Source of the DNA: Paecilomyces variotii
Lineage: Eukaryota
Reading direction: 5' to 3' (one strand)
Assembly: GCA_004022145.1 (NCBI GenBank)
Contig: RCNU01000022.1
Length of the DNA: 64,000 nucleotides
The notes under the pieces are model-generated. The model saw only the letters and a program-made list of their open reading frames with translations. It was not told the origin of the DNA and searched no databases. Shown here in pieces: positions 1-13,162 of this stretch (its first letter is position 1; every line of letters starts with the position of its first letter). The position numbers and the translations under genes were made by a program.

Positions 1-827
1 TGCATAGCGTTTTCAAAGAACAAAAAGCATGATTCTCTAATGTCATCTGGGTTATGCTACTTTTTTTTTTCCTTTTCTTGTATACTATCTTTTAGCAATG
101 GCGTTTGACAAGGCCTGCTAGCAGGTTATGGGGTTTATTCATATTGCTTTGTACTTATATGTGGACGCAAAAGGATGTGATTCGCTTATTGTTATTTCCC
201 CTTAAATGATTTGCAAATAACTGATTATAAATAACTGCAGAAATTCATAACTAACTAGTAAACTAATAATTTATCCACCGAAGAGCAGTTGCTATATATG
301 TAATTGATTCTTGATATAGTTACATAATGTCTCTTATCCAAGTTCTTAATTAATCGAACAGTATGCTTTTTATTTATTCTGTCTGCATAATTGATTAACC
401 TATAGCCAATCTCCTCTGCGGAAAAGCAAGCACAAAGACACAAAATAGAGCAGTATATCAACACATGGGTATCTACCGTAGCCCCTGTCCAGATACAACG
501 AGGACAAAAGATACATGCTCCCCTTCCTGCGGGAGGTCGTCAATAGCAACGCCCTCGCCTTGGTCCGTCACAGTAGTCAAGATTTTTTTGGTAACACAAG
601 AGAGGATCAAGCCAAGAGAAGAAGAGAAAAAGGAAAGAAAAAAAAAAGAAGGAGAAGAAGAAAAAAACCCTCAATGAACTCCACGCAATGCAAATATGAA
701 TGTCCGTGAAATAGAGAAGTTCTCTGCCCGGGAGATCTTCTAGGGACATGTCCAGAGGAGCTGTAGTCAGTCGAGATGGCGCAAAAGAATATTGAGAAGC
801 GAAAGAGCAGAAATTGCGGTAATGATA

Positions 828-2337
828 TCAAGCCGCCATGGAAAGGCACTCGTCCAGCAAAGAGCCCAGTTGCTCTCTGTCATCTGCGGCACCTCCTTCC
901 CAGTCCCAGCCGGCTTCGTCTATGTCCATCTCATCTATGGGGCTTGGTGGAGACTCAACCTTGTTACCATTAGCGGTTTCCATCAGGATGTCCTGTCTTT
1001 CTGCTTCCAGTTCGTCCTCAACATATCCTCCCATGATTTGATCGATGATCAACGGCATATGGCTGAGCAGTCCACCTCCAAGCTCAAGGGCAATCCTAAG
1101 GTCCTTCACCCCAAGAGGTCTTCTGGCGCTAGCTTCCTTAGCTTCAACCGGCAGCAACCCGGTAGTGGCATCCTTCGCGATCTCACCACGAGTGAATGCC
1201 AGCTCTTCCCGTTCTAGCTGGTGTCGATATCTCCTAGTCATCATGCCGTTAATTGTACCGGACGGGCCATTTGACCGCGTTCGCGCGAACACGCTGGACA
1301 GTACTTCCTTCACAAAAGTTTCCGTCGCAATGGCCATGAATTCGGCACAAGAGAAGCTAGCACCGCTAACGACAGACTCCTCATAACATATGGGAACCAT
1401 ACGGGCGTGGATCGATTCGGCATCGGGGAATTCGCCGATTTCTGATGCCAGTGGCTGCGCATATCGTTTTCTGATCTCGAGTTCCCAATCTGATCGAAAG
1501 ATATGTGGTCAGCAATGCTGCCGTACAGCTGGGAGAGAAGCTATTAGGTCTTACTAGTCTTATTCAATCCACCTGCACTCGCTGGTACTTGTGTCGGCAA
1601 TTTTATTTGCTTCGCCTGGCGATATTCTTCAAGTTCATTCCGCGCCACTTCGCTGGGGTCGGGCTGGGTAGGTATGAACCGTTAGCATCCAGTTCAGTCG
1701 CAGCACAACCAGTAGTCTTCAAGGGTCAGGAATAAGTACCTCCTGGATCGCCTTTATTCTCCGACGGTCTCGAGGGGGTAGCTGCATGACCTCGGTCTTG
1801 AGCCTTTGCTCGGCCGCATCCCCGGAGGCCGGCTTAGACACAACCGTGGGCTTATCATTCGCAGATACCCAGCTGGCGACTCCATGGTCAGGGAGGTCCC
1901 TCGTAAGGTTCCCGATAATTGTGCATATGAAGCTATTGTGGAGGTGTTCGGTCTTCGCATCTGCGCATATTATATGGTCGACACGTGAGGAGAACTCGCT
2001 CTGGTTGAGATGACCTAGATATCAGAGGGTCAGAAACGTGCCAGCAATAACCTGAAGTCTCCAGGGCGATCGCATCTATGATAGGGACTATATCAGAGAG
2101 CCAGTCTTACGTACCTAGAAGGAAAAGGGCTGTCGACTGCTTGTACTCCGCCCAACTGTCCCCGATAGCGGCCTTCAGCTCAGTGTAGACAGGTTCCAGA
2201 TCCAGACGCGGAACAGAGATGAGCGCCTTAGTCGACTTCTGCGTCGTCGAAGCGCCAGTAGCAGTTGCCGGTTTAGCAGACGACGTCGAAGTCGACGCAG
2301 AGTCTGTCCGACTCAAAGCTGCTGGGTCGATCTGCAT
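828..2337 (-). CDS. ADA1: SAGA complex subunit Ada1/Hfi1 (3 exons)
   Basis: ATG at 2337 ([10 protein letters not shown]...[24 protein letters not shown]). Introns ~2114-2015 and ~1553-1490 join to a C-terminal exon with 'PICYEES...[17 protein letters not shown]', typical of fungal SAGA-Tad1 proteins. TGA at 828-830. Confidence 0.85.
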
Positions 2338-2719
2338 GGTCGTTGCGAACTCGTTATGACGCGACGGGCTGCGCGAAGCCGAAAAGAGGATCACTAGGAC
2401 ACATCAAGTGCGCGCTGGGATGAACAGTGGTCTCGCGGGCGGAGTGGACAAACGCGAGGATGGAAATGGTCGTGGTCGCGAAGCCATCGATGGATGGAGG
2501 TTGCATCTCATGTTCGTCGTCGTCCTCCCGCCGATCCAAAAGCAGACGCACGAGGGCGCCCTTCACAGCGTCTCGCTCGCTTTCGGAAGCGATCCCTGGG
2601 AGCACCACGACACAGAACGAATTATCTCGTGTTAATTCTCTACAATATTCACAAGTTGAACTGATATTACAAACTTCCAGCGCTATATTTTACAGTGTGC
2701 TTCCAAGGCCGATTTGGAA

Positions 2720-5700
2720 CTACTGAAGCCTAACTACATCCTCATCTAACGTGCCAAACAGCTTCCCAATGTCATCCATAATGCCCATAATCTGTGTACA
2801 AAGCTGTCCAGTGACCAGGGCTATCAAGGTTAGCTTTTGCACCTCGATCAAATTATAGGGCTCTAATGTTGTAACCTACCATAGGCGTAGAGTAGCGCGT
2901 AGTCTTCATCCGTTGTCAATTGAGAGACACGGCTATCCTGGCGATAGTGGAAGATGGACGACAGTAATCGATCTCTGGCGTGTTCAATATTTGGGAGAAC
3001 ATCACTCAAGGGATATTCAAGCTTCATGGACGACGCCAAAACTACGGCTTGTCAACATTTCGACTTCACAAGCTAGATATAGATAGTTTGTACAACTTAC
3101 CGGACAATAGATGGCTGATGCGGGCGGTTAATTGCGACCTCTCTTCCATAGTATAATGAAGAAGGGCAATTTCTCCTTCCGAAGCCTGGCGATTCTTCAC
3201 GATCTCCAGATTCATGGCGTGAAATGCATCCACCATACTCCTTGTGCGGCGGAGAATGCTCGTGTAGAGAGCATCGTTGAATGAGCTCTTGAGCTCAAAT
3301 TCAGCGCGGGCAGACGCCTGGAGACCTTCGAGATGAGACATGAAGCGTGCAACTTGAAGCTTCTCTCGGTCATTCATGTATTCGACTGTCTCTTTCCCTT
3401 GAACCATCGTCGACAAGGGGTCGCGTTTCCAGATCACGCTCATGCGAAGCCAGAGCAGACTTAAGCCATCTTTCAATTTCTTTCGAGCACTAATGGGCCA
3501 GAGCAACCGAGTAAACATAATACCCCAGATACAGCCGGATAAGACTGCCACAACCCGATGAAGCGTGATTTCTGTGATGACTGGGTGGGCGCCTCCCTCG
3601 TCCTGGTCACCCTTGCTGTCGTCCTGCGAGAGTGAGTATGCATATAGCACACAGAGGTTGTATGTGAGCATGATGAACCGCCCCATAGGGCCCTGGCCCT
3701 TCACAAGGATTATATAGGCAGTCCACATAGCCATCATCCAACCCAGAAAGGCCAGGAAGAACACATTCCCGGCAGTGACGTACCAAGACCCGATTGCACA
3801 AACTGCTCCCAAAGAAGTTCCCAGGAATCGAGCATATCCAGTGGTATTTGATGCACCGATGGTCATCGAACAAACAAGCATGTACGATAGCAGGCCCCAT
3901 TCCCCTCGCCAGTGGGAGTAAAAAGGCCGTGTAGCACTTAGGAAAGATGGCAGCGCATATAACGCTGCACCAGCACCGACCTTGATAGCAAATTTAGTAT
4001 CATCGCGCCTGAATGCGCTAAGCGATCTCCAGATACGATAGGCGAGTCTTTCTTTCAGGCGATCTGCCTTTGAATTGGACTGGGCTCCCTTCGGCTTTCC
4101 ACGGTGAATAGAGATCATATTGGATATGTCCTTTGCTCCCGACGCAGAGATCCGGAGTCCTTGAGAAAGGCATCAGTTGAAAGTCATCGACTACAGGAAT
4201 GTACATTTGTGATCGCTTACCAGCGTCTGCATCGTTGCTATTTCCCGTCCTCCAACGCCAGAACTTCAGCCAGTTCCAAGACCGTCCATTTGGTCTCTCC
4301 TCAAATTCGAGCTGAAGCTCATCTAATATTGCCATTAGATCCTTGAGCTGCTCTCCGAAGTCAAGAAGCGAAAAACTGAAGTGCCCACAGCTTGCGGCTA
4401 CTTCTTCGATGTCCGCTTCTACTTCGAGGGATCTAGTTCTCATGATTTCTTTCTGTTTATAGACGGACTTCAGAGCCTCTTCTCTGGAGGTTCGATAGAG
4501 ACTAAGGGCACGATCTAGGCTGATTCTGAATTTACTGTTGACGACGACCCTGTGTTCAGGAGTAGGGCCAAAGGGCAACTCTTCCAGAATTTCCTTCAAG
4601 GTGAAAGCAAGAGATCGCTATACATAGGTCAGTAATCTAGCATCATGTACAAGCGGGAAAGTCAAATACCATGGAGGGCCCGAGATGTGTGATGAATAAT
4701 TCAAATATATCTTCAGGTGATTTTAGAATGGCCTGAGAAGCCATATCTGGAGTCGTGATTGCTTGTCGCTCCTCTGATCCCTCATGCAAGGACGGCGAGA
4801 GTATCGGCTGATGCTCATGGTAGGGTGTCCCGAATGGGGAGGAACCGATTCTTGGAGACGATCGCCCTTCGAGAAGATGTTCGCCATAGGCAACTCGACT
4901 CTGCTTGAGCAACTCGAATTGCAGTGCAGCGGCGCTTCGCAGTCCACCCATATTCTGCGTTGTATTCTGCACCCAACGGACGAGTCTTTTCTCAAGACGA
5001 TATTCCTTCTCTGTGCCTACCACATAGTGTTCCAGTTTTGCTTCTTTCACCAGTTTGTCGAGCATGCCATAGGCCTTCTTATTACGCCCTGAGGCATTGG
5101 TAAACTCTGCTCCTTGGAGCTCTTCCTCTGACCCGCGAAGGAAGCTCTCCGTAATTAGCCCTAACATGGTGGCAAGCGTATCGGTCATTGTGACTAGGTT
5201 TGAACGGAGCTGCTTACGTGCAGATATAGGGAAAATAAGGAATGACACTGTCATAGTAGCAATTACACCCATAATGACCATCTTGAGAACCTGGAATATC
5301 TTAGCGAAAGACAGGTCACCTTTCTGTACGGCGCCTTCTTTCGTCAAGACTGTGATGATGGCAAGAGATGCCAGCGAACAGGCAACATTGACCAAAGGAT
5401 CACCAAGCCTCAGTTTTGTCCAACCGATAAAACCCAGACCGCCGCCGCAAAATATGATGAGCACCAGTGCATGACCAAGAGGAAGTAAGTCGAGGGTGTC
5501 CTCGAAGAACATGGCCACGCACATACTCGTGAGAGAAATGAACGCAGCATAGAGGAAAGCAAGGAAGGCACATATCAGAGCCTTGAACATGCTTCCCATT
5601 GACCGCGCAGGATGGAAGTAGACCGTAATCGTAGCCACAACATGTTTCCCATCTTGGTGGCCGAGAAACGCGGCGATCGCTGGTATAAAAGTTGCCAGAG

Positions 5701-6086
5701 ATCCCAGTAAATATGCCACACTGCATTTGAACACCCCTTTTCCTGCATCCGAAATGGCAAACCGATAGGCTCGCTCCCCGAGATGGTATGCATTGCCGTA
5801 TATCCTCGATGTAGTCCCGCCGCGGTCTATAGGCGCTTCGCCGGCGGGCAAGAGCGGTGTCCGCTCATCTTCGCCATCGTCCGTCGAGGAACCAGATTTT
5901 CGTAGGTTAACGAGCCCTTTTAGACGTTGACCTGTATGAGGCAATATGAAGGTGGCATTCCGCAGCTACAGTACACCGCAATATAGTCAGTTATTATCGT
6001 GTAACAAGCTCGGAGATGCTGGGTGAACTGCTTACCTTACGTCGGAAGGAACTAATATGATACGAGGGCACCGGCGGCGATGCCAT
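2720..6086 (-). CDS. FUSC/aromatic-acid-exporter-like (ALMT/BRE4-type) multi-pass membrane protein, multi-exon
   Basis: ORFs 4643-5944, 4018-4599 and 3066-4118 join through GT-AG introns. There are two hydrophobic TM blocks, the second with 'FAIKVGAGA...WRGEWGLLSYMLV...GASNTTG' (FUSC_2-like). ATG at 6086; last exon LVTGQL...VVRLQ* ends at 2720. Confidence 0.8.
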
Positions 6087-6533
6087 GTTTTGACAGCTAT
6101 CGCCGGTCTTCGTCTGCGATATCAAAGCATGTTTGTGTTTGGTGCTGTGAATGTTGTGGTTCTCGTCCACGCGAGCTCTGCTCTTGCGGAGTAGCTTCTT
6201 AGGAGCTAGTTAACTAGTTAATCGAGTCGGTCACTTTTTGCTGGGTTGTTGCCACGACCTCCGCCCTGCGCACACGCCATTGTATGTAGCTTATGCTGTC
6301 TGCTCTATAGACACAGAGGATCTTGATAACGCGCATGAAGTTTATGTAACACTCAGGTTAGTTCTTCAGGAACTGTACTGTTCTGTTCTTACTGATTGAA
6401 TTCTATATTTGTCTTGAATAGAGTCATAAGGTTTGGGGGCTGCAGCACATACATGCCCAGATAGTGATTTCGTACATAGAAGATAGCACCCATATGGAGA
6501 CAATGGTTCTAGCGTGAGACCTAGAAAACACCT

Positions 6534-8488
6534 TTACTCCAAGCCCTCCACATTCCATACCTTTACCGTTGCGTCAGCACCTGCAGAGGCTATCTTGCGA
6601 CCTCCTTCGATCCAGGATACACCGTTAACTCCTTCCTTATGGGCATTGGAAACCTGCAGCCAATCTCCGGGCTTTGCTAAGCTCCAGACAAAGATGTTTG
6701 TATCAAGTGCGCCACTTGCAATATGAGTCCCGGCCTTGTTCCAGGCCAGAGAAGTGATACGCGCTGTGTGAGCCGTCCAGCGGTCCGTCACCAGACTACC
6801 ATCAGCAACTTTGAAGACAAGCACGCGACCACGAGAATCACCAACAGCTAGAAGGGATCCATCAGGTGAGAATGCTAGGACTGATATCGGGTTTCGTGAC
6901 GCCTTAATATCAGTCTTTGGAGTGAGACCAGAGCTGGAAACGGTGGCGATCTGAATCGAAGAATCTTCTGTTCCAAGGGCGGCGGTAGTTCCGTGAGCTG
7001 CCACAGCTGTCAGAGGAGACTTTGAAGCGAAATCGCCTGATTTCTTTCCATCCTGGAAAATCTCGACTCCTTCAGAGTTGGCGACCAGCACTGTTGAGTC
7101 TCCAACGGCAATACCCTTCGGCTGGCCTGATAGCTTCGATGAGCTGCCAGTGTACGTCTTAGCGGAGATATCAATGGACCTGATTGTGTCGTCCCAGCCG
7201 ACACTGTAGACCCTTCCACTTCCCTCTGAAGTGGGCGCCAGGCCACATACATAGCTTCCATGGCTGGCACCGTCCACTTCATCCGCAGTTCCTGTGGCGA
7301 CGTCCCAGCTGCAAACCCTTCCTTCGAAACTTCCAGTCCAGAGAGTTTCCTTGTCGCTGTCACCGCCGAAATGGGTCAAGGATGTGATATTCTTCTGGTG
7401 ACCGTGGAGGACTTGTCTCGGCTTCTCGCTGCCCTCGACGAGGTAATTGAGATCTCCGCTCAGAGAAAGACTGATAATGAGTCCGTCGCTTCGGCCCTGG
7501 GGCCAAACGACACCGACTTGCTGGTCCCGAACATTCGAGGATCCTTCTTCGCCAATAGACCAGGTTTGGATAGCCTTTCCAGCTTCCACATCCCAGATCT
7601 TGACGGTCCGGTCAGCACTAGCTGTGACGAATTTCCGGGAGTCACTAGCCCATGAGACTCCAAAGATGCTGCCCTTGTGTTCTCCTTCGCCAATCTGGCC
7701 CTTGGCTTCTCCGGTCTTGCCATCATACAGCCAGATTCTCCGGTCACCACCGACACTAACAAGTGTAGAGCCATCCGGACTGAAACCAACACCATAGATA
7801 TAGTTTATATGGTTGTCCTTCAAACTGGTGTTGAATTTGAAGGGAGCGCCATGGTAGAAAACAAGCGTCTTGTCGTCTCCTGCTGCGGCTGCTCGTAACG
7901 GACGCTGTTGTCTAATCGAGACGGAGTTGATTGCTTGCGTATGACCGGCAATTTCACCAACGCTGTTTCCACTATCGGCTGTTATACAATGTCCATATCT
8001 CTGCTTGCCGTCCCCGACTGCGATGATGCGCTGCGAGTCTCCGTCCCAAGCCAGATCGTTGATGCGCCCGCTGGTAATGAAGTACTCTCCCTTCGTGAGA
8101 CCGTCACCCAAGCAGTCCCAGACTCTTACAGTACCTGCAGCGTCTCCACTAGCAACATAGGCTCCAGAAGGAGAGAACCGTGCGACTGTGGTCAGCGCCT
8201 TGTGGTCTGTATACTGCTTTGCGACGGTGGGGTTGTCGATGGAGCGGAGGAAGATCGATTTGCCCGACTTTCAGGGTTGTTAGTACAATTGTTTCTACGT
8301 CGTATGATGCCTTCAGTATGAGCAAAAAACGTACCGCGTATGAAAGGCGCTCTCCTTTTGCATCGGAAGCAAGCTGCGTGGGCTGACCCCTCGTTGTTGA
8401 GGGGCTCGCCGCCCAGATGGACTCTGGTACAATCAGCCTTAATGTTGCATGTCTGTCACGAAGAGACCATACCATTCGTTATGGACAT
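6534..8488 (-). CDS. AIP1: WD40 actin-interacting protein 1 (AIP1/WDR1)
   Basis: 16-nt first exon (MSITN), then 'ESIWAASPSTTRGQP'. Repeated WD motifs, 'FYHGAPFKF' and 'WTAHTARIT'. Confidence 0.92.
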
Positions 8489-8961
8489 GTCTATAGTATC
8501 TGGCAGAAATCAGATATCGAAGAAGAGTCTCTCAAAAGAGACGATATGAACAGTATTCAGATGATGCGAGGTAAATCGAAACAGTTGCCTTAGCTACGTG
8601 GAGCTATCTGCCGTGCGGAGGTGGGGTTCGGTGACATCGTCAACACTACCACAGGCAACATTCGAAACAACGACGTGTTTTGAAGACAACGCTCTGTTCT
8701 AAGTAGATCGGTAACAAGACAGTTCCACATCCGACGAAAAGCAATAGGAATAGGTGAAAGAAAACATGAAAAGGGAAAAGAGCAGACTTAGAAAGTAGAG
8801 CAATTGCAGCTACGCTAGGAGCTTAACCATGCGTCCCATCTCTAAGGTACAGGTTTGAATACGCCGTTTAAAATGTAATAATATACATCGCCTGGAAGCC
8901 CATCCGTGACGAGTTTGGCTCATGTCATGTACGCCGACTCGACCATAACGTAAAACGTCTC

Positions 8962-9706
8962 TCACGCAATGCTGCCCGAATCCATCCTGGCCTTTGCTTC
9001 CGCCGCCAGGATCTCGGGGTGCCTGTGAACACTGGGCATGAGACCGAGCCCAATAGATCTGCGAATTGCCTTGGCGATCTTTCGTTGGTTAACCGGCCGG
9101 AGACCAGTTTGGCTGGAGTGCTTGATACGGCCCATCGATGTCATGTACTCGGACATGATGGAGAAGTTCTATCGCCGAAAAACATGAAGTTAGCTTTCTC
9201 GTCATGATTTCCTCTGGCGAGAAGCGAGTGTACGCACCTTGTAGTGGTCGAGAGGGTTCATGTTCAGAGCATCAAATGCATCTGTGGAGGGACTGTAACG
9301 CTTCCTCCACTTCTTCATCTCGACGGGACTCAGATCATGAGGCGCATAGATATCACCAGCCTTCCATTCTCGGGTCTGAAATCGCTCCAAAACTCTGCTT
9401 TCTCCCTGAGATTTCTGGTCTTCAAGGAACTTCTGGCGGTTCGGCAGTCGACGGCGCGCGAGGTTTCTGACGTCTGACGCTATAAGTCAGTCACTGTTCT
9501 AGGATTTCAGACAATAAAAATCATTGATTTGATGATCACCAGGCAGACAAGTACTTACTCTGTCCATGAGCATTCGGGGAGCGTTGTGACGTGAAAGTGC
9601 TCGTAGACACTGTGGAAGAGGTCGAGTTCCATCGGCAACCCGACAAGGCTTTAGTGCTCATATGAGCAGCCCGGGACAAGGGCGATGAAAAGATATTGAG
9701 AGACAT
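8962..9706 (-). CDS. RSM18: Mitochondrial small-subunit ribosomal protein S18 (3 exons)
   Basis: S18 motif 'SEYMTSMGRIKHSSQTGLRPVNQRKIAKAIRRSIGLGLMP'. Ser/Arg-rich presequence-like N-terminus from ATG 9706. Confidence 0.88.
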
Positions 9707-10063
9707 CTTCAATGGAGTTGGCGGCTTGTGTTGAAGAAAGGCGCATCAACTGCCGAGAAGATGTCCGCAACTTTTCCAGCGGACTTCCGTACTTTACTTT
9801 AGCGCCAAGAAGCGGTCGCGCTTCTCCAGCCGCGGAGAGCCAGAACTCCCGGTTTACTACTCTTGCAATGCAAGCTTCTTCCTAGTTCTGCGACCTCTGC
9901 TCTCTTCGCCTCGATCTTCATGTGGTCTCTGATGCCAATTGTTTGCCGATGACACAGTGATCCTTCGAACAATTACTATACTCGAGCTGTGCTTCGATTC
10001 GGAGAAGCATTATCATTTTGAGGGCGTTAATTTTACGACAACCTCGCAGACTATGCGCGCAAC

Positions 10064-12554
10064 ATGCAGTCCCACCTGACCAAGAATGTATTTCGCGCGA
10101 TCTTGAATAATGAGCCTATCCATTTTTCACAGTGCCATGGGCGAAGAGGCCTTCCTCCGCTTTTGTCTTCGTTGCGTGGAAGAAGACTGGCCCTTCGCTC
10201 CCCGCACTATCTACAACGACGAACTCTTTTCGCCTTCAACTTCCCTCCACCCCCTACTGAACAGCAATCGTCGACAAAGCCTCTATCTCCAGAGACGGGC
10301 TTGAAGGCTATGAGAGATCTTTCCAAGTCGTTGGCAGACAAAAGCAGACCTCCGACAAACGATATTCTAGCAAAGGCCTTCCGAGATTTTTTCTCTTCTC
10401 ACGTCGATACGCCTGGTGTCATCACCGATTTTCACGCGAGACTACTTATAGTTACGTGGAAGCACCTGAAGGCACAACAGGAAGAGCTAGAGCCGGACGA
10501 GTATGGGGCAGTCTTTTCCACGGAAAATCTCGAAAATGTTCTATTTGTCCTCTCCGAGGCACAATGCCTTGAGGAGTCCCGGGATGCAGTGCAGAAAGTA
10601 GCACGCTTTGCTTTCCTAGAGCTTTGTTCCGATCGAGGTTTTGGTCCCAACAACGTCAACCAGCAACCACTACTTGCGTATATAAATCTCTTGTGCTCCT
10701 ATGGGAATCCTGAGGAAGCGCGGCATGTGGTAGAGAAATTCTGGAACCAACTCCGAGAATGTAAGCCTTCTCCATGGCTCACAGTGATGAGGGGATTTGC
10801 AATGAAGGGCGACAGACGCCAACTTCGGAGGATTACAGAGGAGCTTGAGAAGCAGGGCACCAAGTTCGACCGGGAATCCCATGAGCATCTGACCTTGGTT
10901 CTCATTGAGCAAGACCTTCTCAATGCAGTCAAGTCGATCTATGACTGCCCAATTTCTGGAAACCTTGAGCCCACAATTGCTACAAAGAAAGCTGTGATCA
11001 AGTATGCAATCCTTAGGTCAGAGTCTGAGTGGGCTACACACGTTTTCCAATCTCTTCCTCAAGAGCTTACTCCTGAGACACGAGATATCATCTTGCTTTG
11101 GGAGGCTGCGAAAGGGGGGAAGGCGGCTGAATTGTCAGCGAAAATGAAGGTCATTGCCGCGGAGAACCCCGAACTACAGACATCGCTCACTATCTCGACT
11201 GTCAATGATCTAGTCGAGCTCGCTAATGGCAAAGAGGATCCCGCGTTGGCACTTGACTTTCTTTCGCTGGCATCCCAATGGGGCCTCCAGCCAAATACGC
11301 AGACACATATGCTACATCTAGAGTCACGAGTCCAAGCCGGTGACGTGGATGGGATTCTAGGATGCTTGGATAAGATCGAAGACATCCAATCTGTAGCGTT
11401 GTCCTACGTGCCATTGATAAACAGAGTGGTCACTGCTCTTTGCTTGTCTCAGCCCTCGGATACCTTGTTCGACCAGATTCTATCTCTCCTCGACCCTCTC
11501 GTGGAGAATAATATTCGCTTTGAAGCGGCGACTGTCGCTGCCTTATCTCACATGTTGCTCCTCCGACGTGATTGGAACGCACTTTCTGAACTTCTCCGCC
11601 CGCGTCTTGGTTCCTATGATACGGAGGAAAGGAGCACGATCAGGAAATCTTTCACTACGTTCATCTTGGACCCCAATCTCAAGAGCGAGGACGCATGGGA
11701 AGCGTATGGCATCCTGAAGCTCGCGTTCCCAGAGACAGGCGTCGCTACTCGAACCGACATCATGACTTCCTTCTTCAAGCGGAATCGCAGTGACCTGGCG
11801 TGTATGGTCTTCGGCCATATGCGTCAAGCAGACAAGCTATCGCAACGCCCCAAACCAGACACGTACGCTAGATGCTTCCAAGGCCTGTCTCGAGCCGCAG
11901 ACAAAGAGAACCTTGAGCTGGTACATAACATGTTGAAGCTTGACCTTGAAGTTGATATCAACACGAGAATCCTAAATGGATTGATGCTCGCGTATGCATC
12001 CTGCGGAAACCCCGAAAAGAGCATGGAGATATTCCGCGACATTCTACAATCAGACGAAGGACCCAACCACAAGACCATCACGATCTTCTTCAAAGCATGC
12101 GAGAACCATCACAACGGAGCTCAGGAAGCTTTCAAAATGATGGAAAAGACGAAACTGCTAGAGATAGCCGTCGACCGTCGGATGTACCATGCGTATATCG
12201 AAGCCCTAGCCGCGCAGTGCGAATTTGACCATGCAGTCCAGGCCGTGGACAAGATGGAATCCCAAATAGGCCATCCTCCCACTCGCAATACGTAAGTTAT
12301 CACCTTATCCCGCCCATTGTCCTGTGTCAGCAAAACAAAAAAAAAAAAAAAAAAGAGGGAGAGAGAGGATTAACATAAATCCCAGCATCGGCCTCTTCTA
12401 CAACGCCATACCATACAAATATTGGAAAGATCAAGTCGAACAATGGGCAAAAACAACTTATCCTGATCTATGGTCTCAGCTCGAAGAACTACCTCGCACG
12501 GAGCATGAAGAAGGACCGAAATTCGACGCCATCAGAAACGATATCGCTCTCTAG
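10064..12554 (+). CDS. cia84: Mitochondrial PPR-repeat protein, probable complex I intermediate-associated protein 84
   Basis: 743-aa exon with PPR-like helices ('ILNGLMLAYASCGNPEKSMEIF'). Intron 12292-12385 (GTAAGT...CAG) joins a terminal exon 'IGLFYNA...W...YPDLW'. Arg-rich presequence-like start. Confidence 0.78.
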
Positions 12555-13162
12555 GAGCGTTGTCGTTCTAAAAGAAGGAAAGAAAAAAAAAAGGGATCAA
12601 AAGGAATCTGGGGGAATGCATTTATCATGATGTGCTTTGATACGTGGATATGGATGTGGATATGGATATGGATTTTACTACTAGGTAATTAGTATGTATA
12701 TATATATATAGGATCAGAGACAGAAACAGTGCCTGCCACTACGAAAGGCATGCTATGAAATATTTTATCTAGTTCAAGAATCATGTTTTGTCTTATCATT
12801 TAACATATTGTGGATCTAATCTACTTACAACACTGTACATAGGACAGCTATTTTTTTTTTTTTTTTAAGCATCTACGTCTTAAGTTTTCAAAGGCACCTT
12901 TCTACTACTATTGCTGTTATGTAATTCTTCTCCGAATACATTATATCTTCAGGCTAGTTAAGTAACTATCGTGCCTTACAGAATATTTGTTTAATATGCA
13001 TATGGGATTACAGAACATTCTTTCGTTTCCCTTTTCTTCTTTTCTTAGTCACAATATCTGTTGCGTCCTTCTCAAAGCAACAGACAGACAGGTTCATAAA
13101 ATAAAAACACGTCTCAGGGAAATCAACCAGCTCATCTCATATAATGGAGCCATGCAACTAAA

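Noticed and set aside
1-800. Short ORFs and A/T runs at the window start
   Set aside because: Low-complexity 3' UTR or intergenic sequence; the ORFs derive from homopolymer and purine runs.
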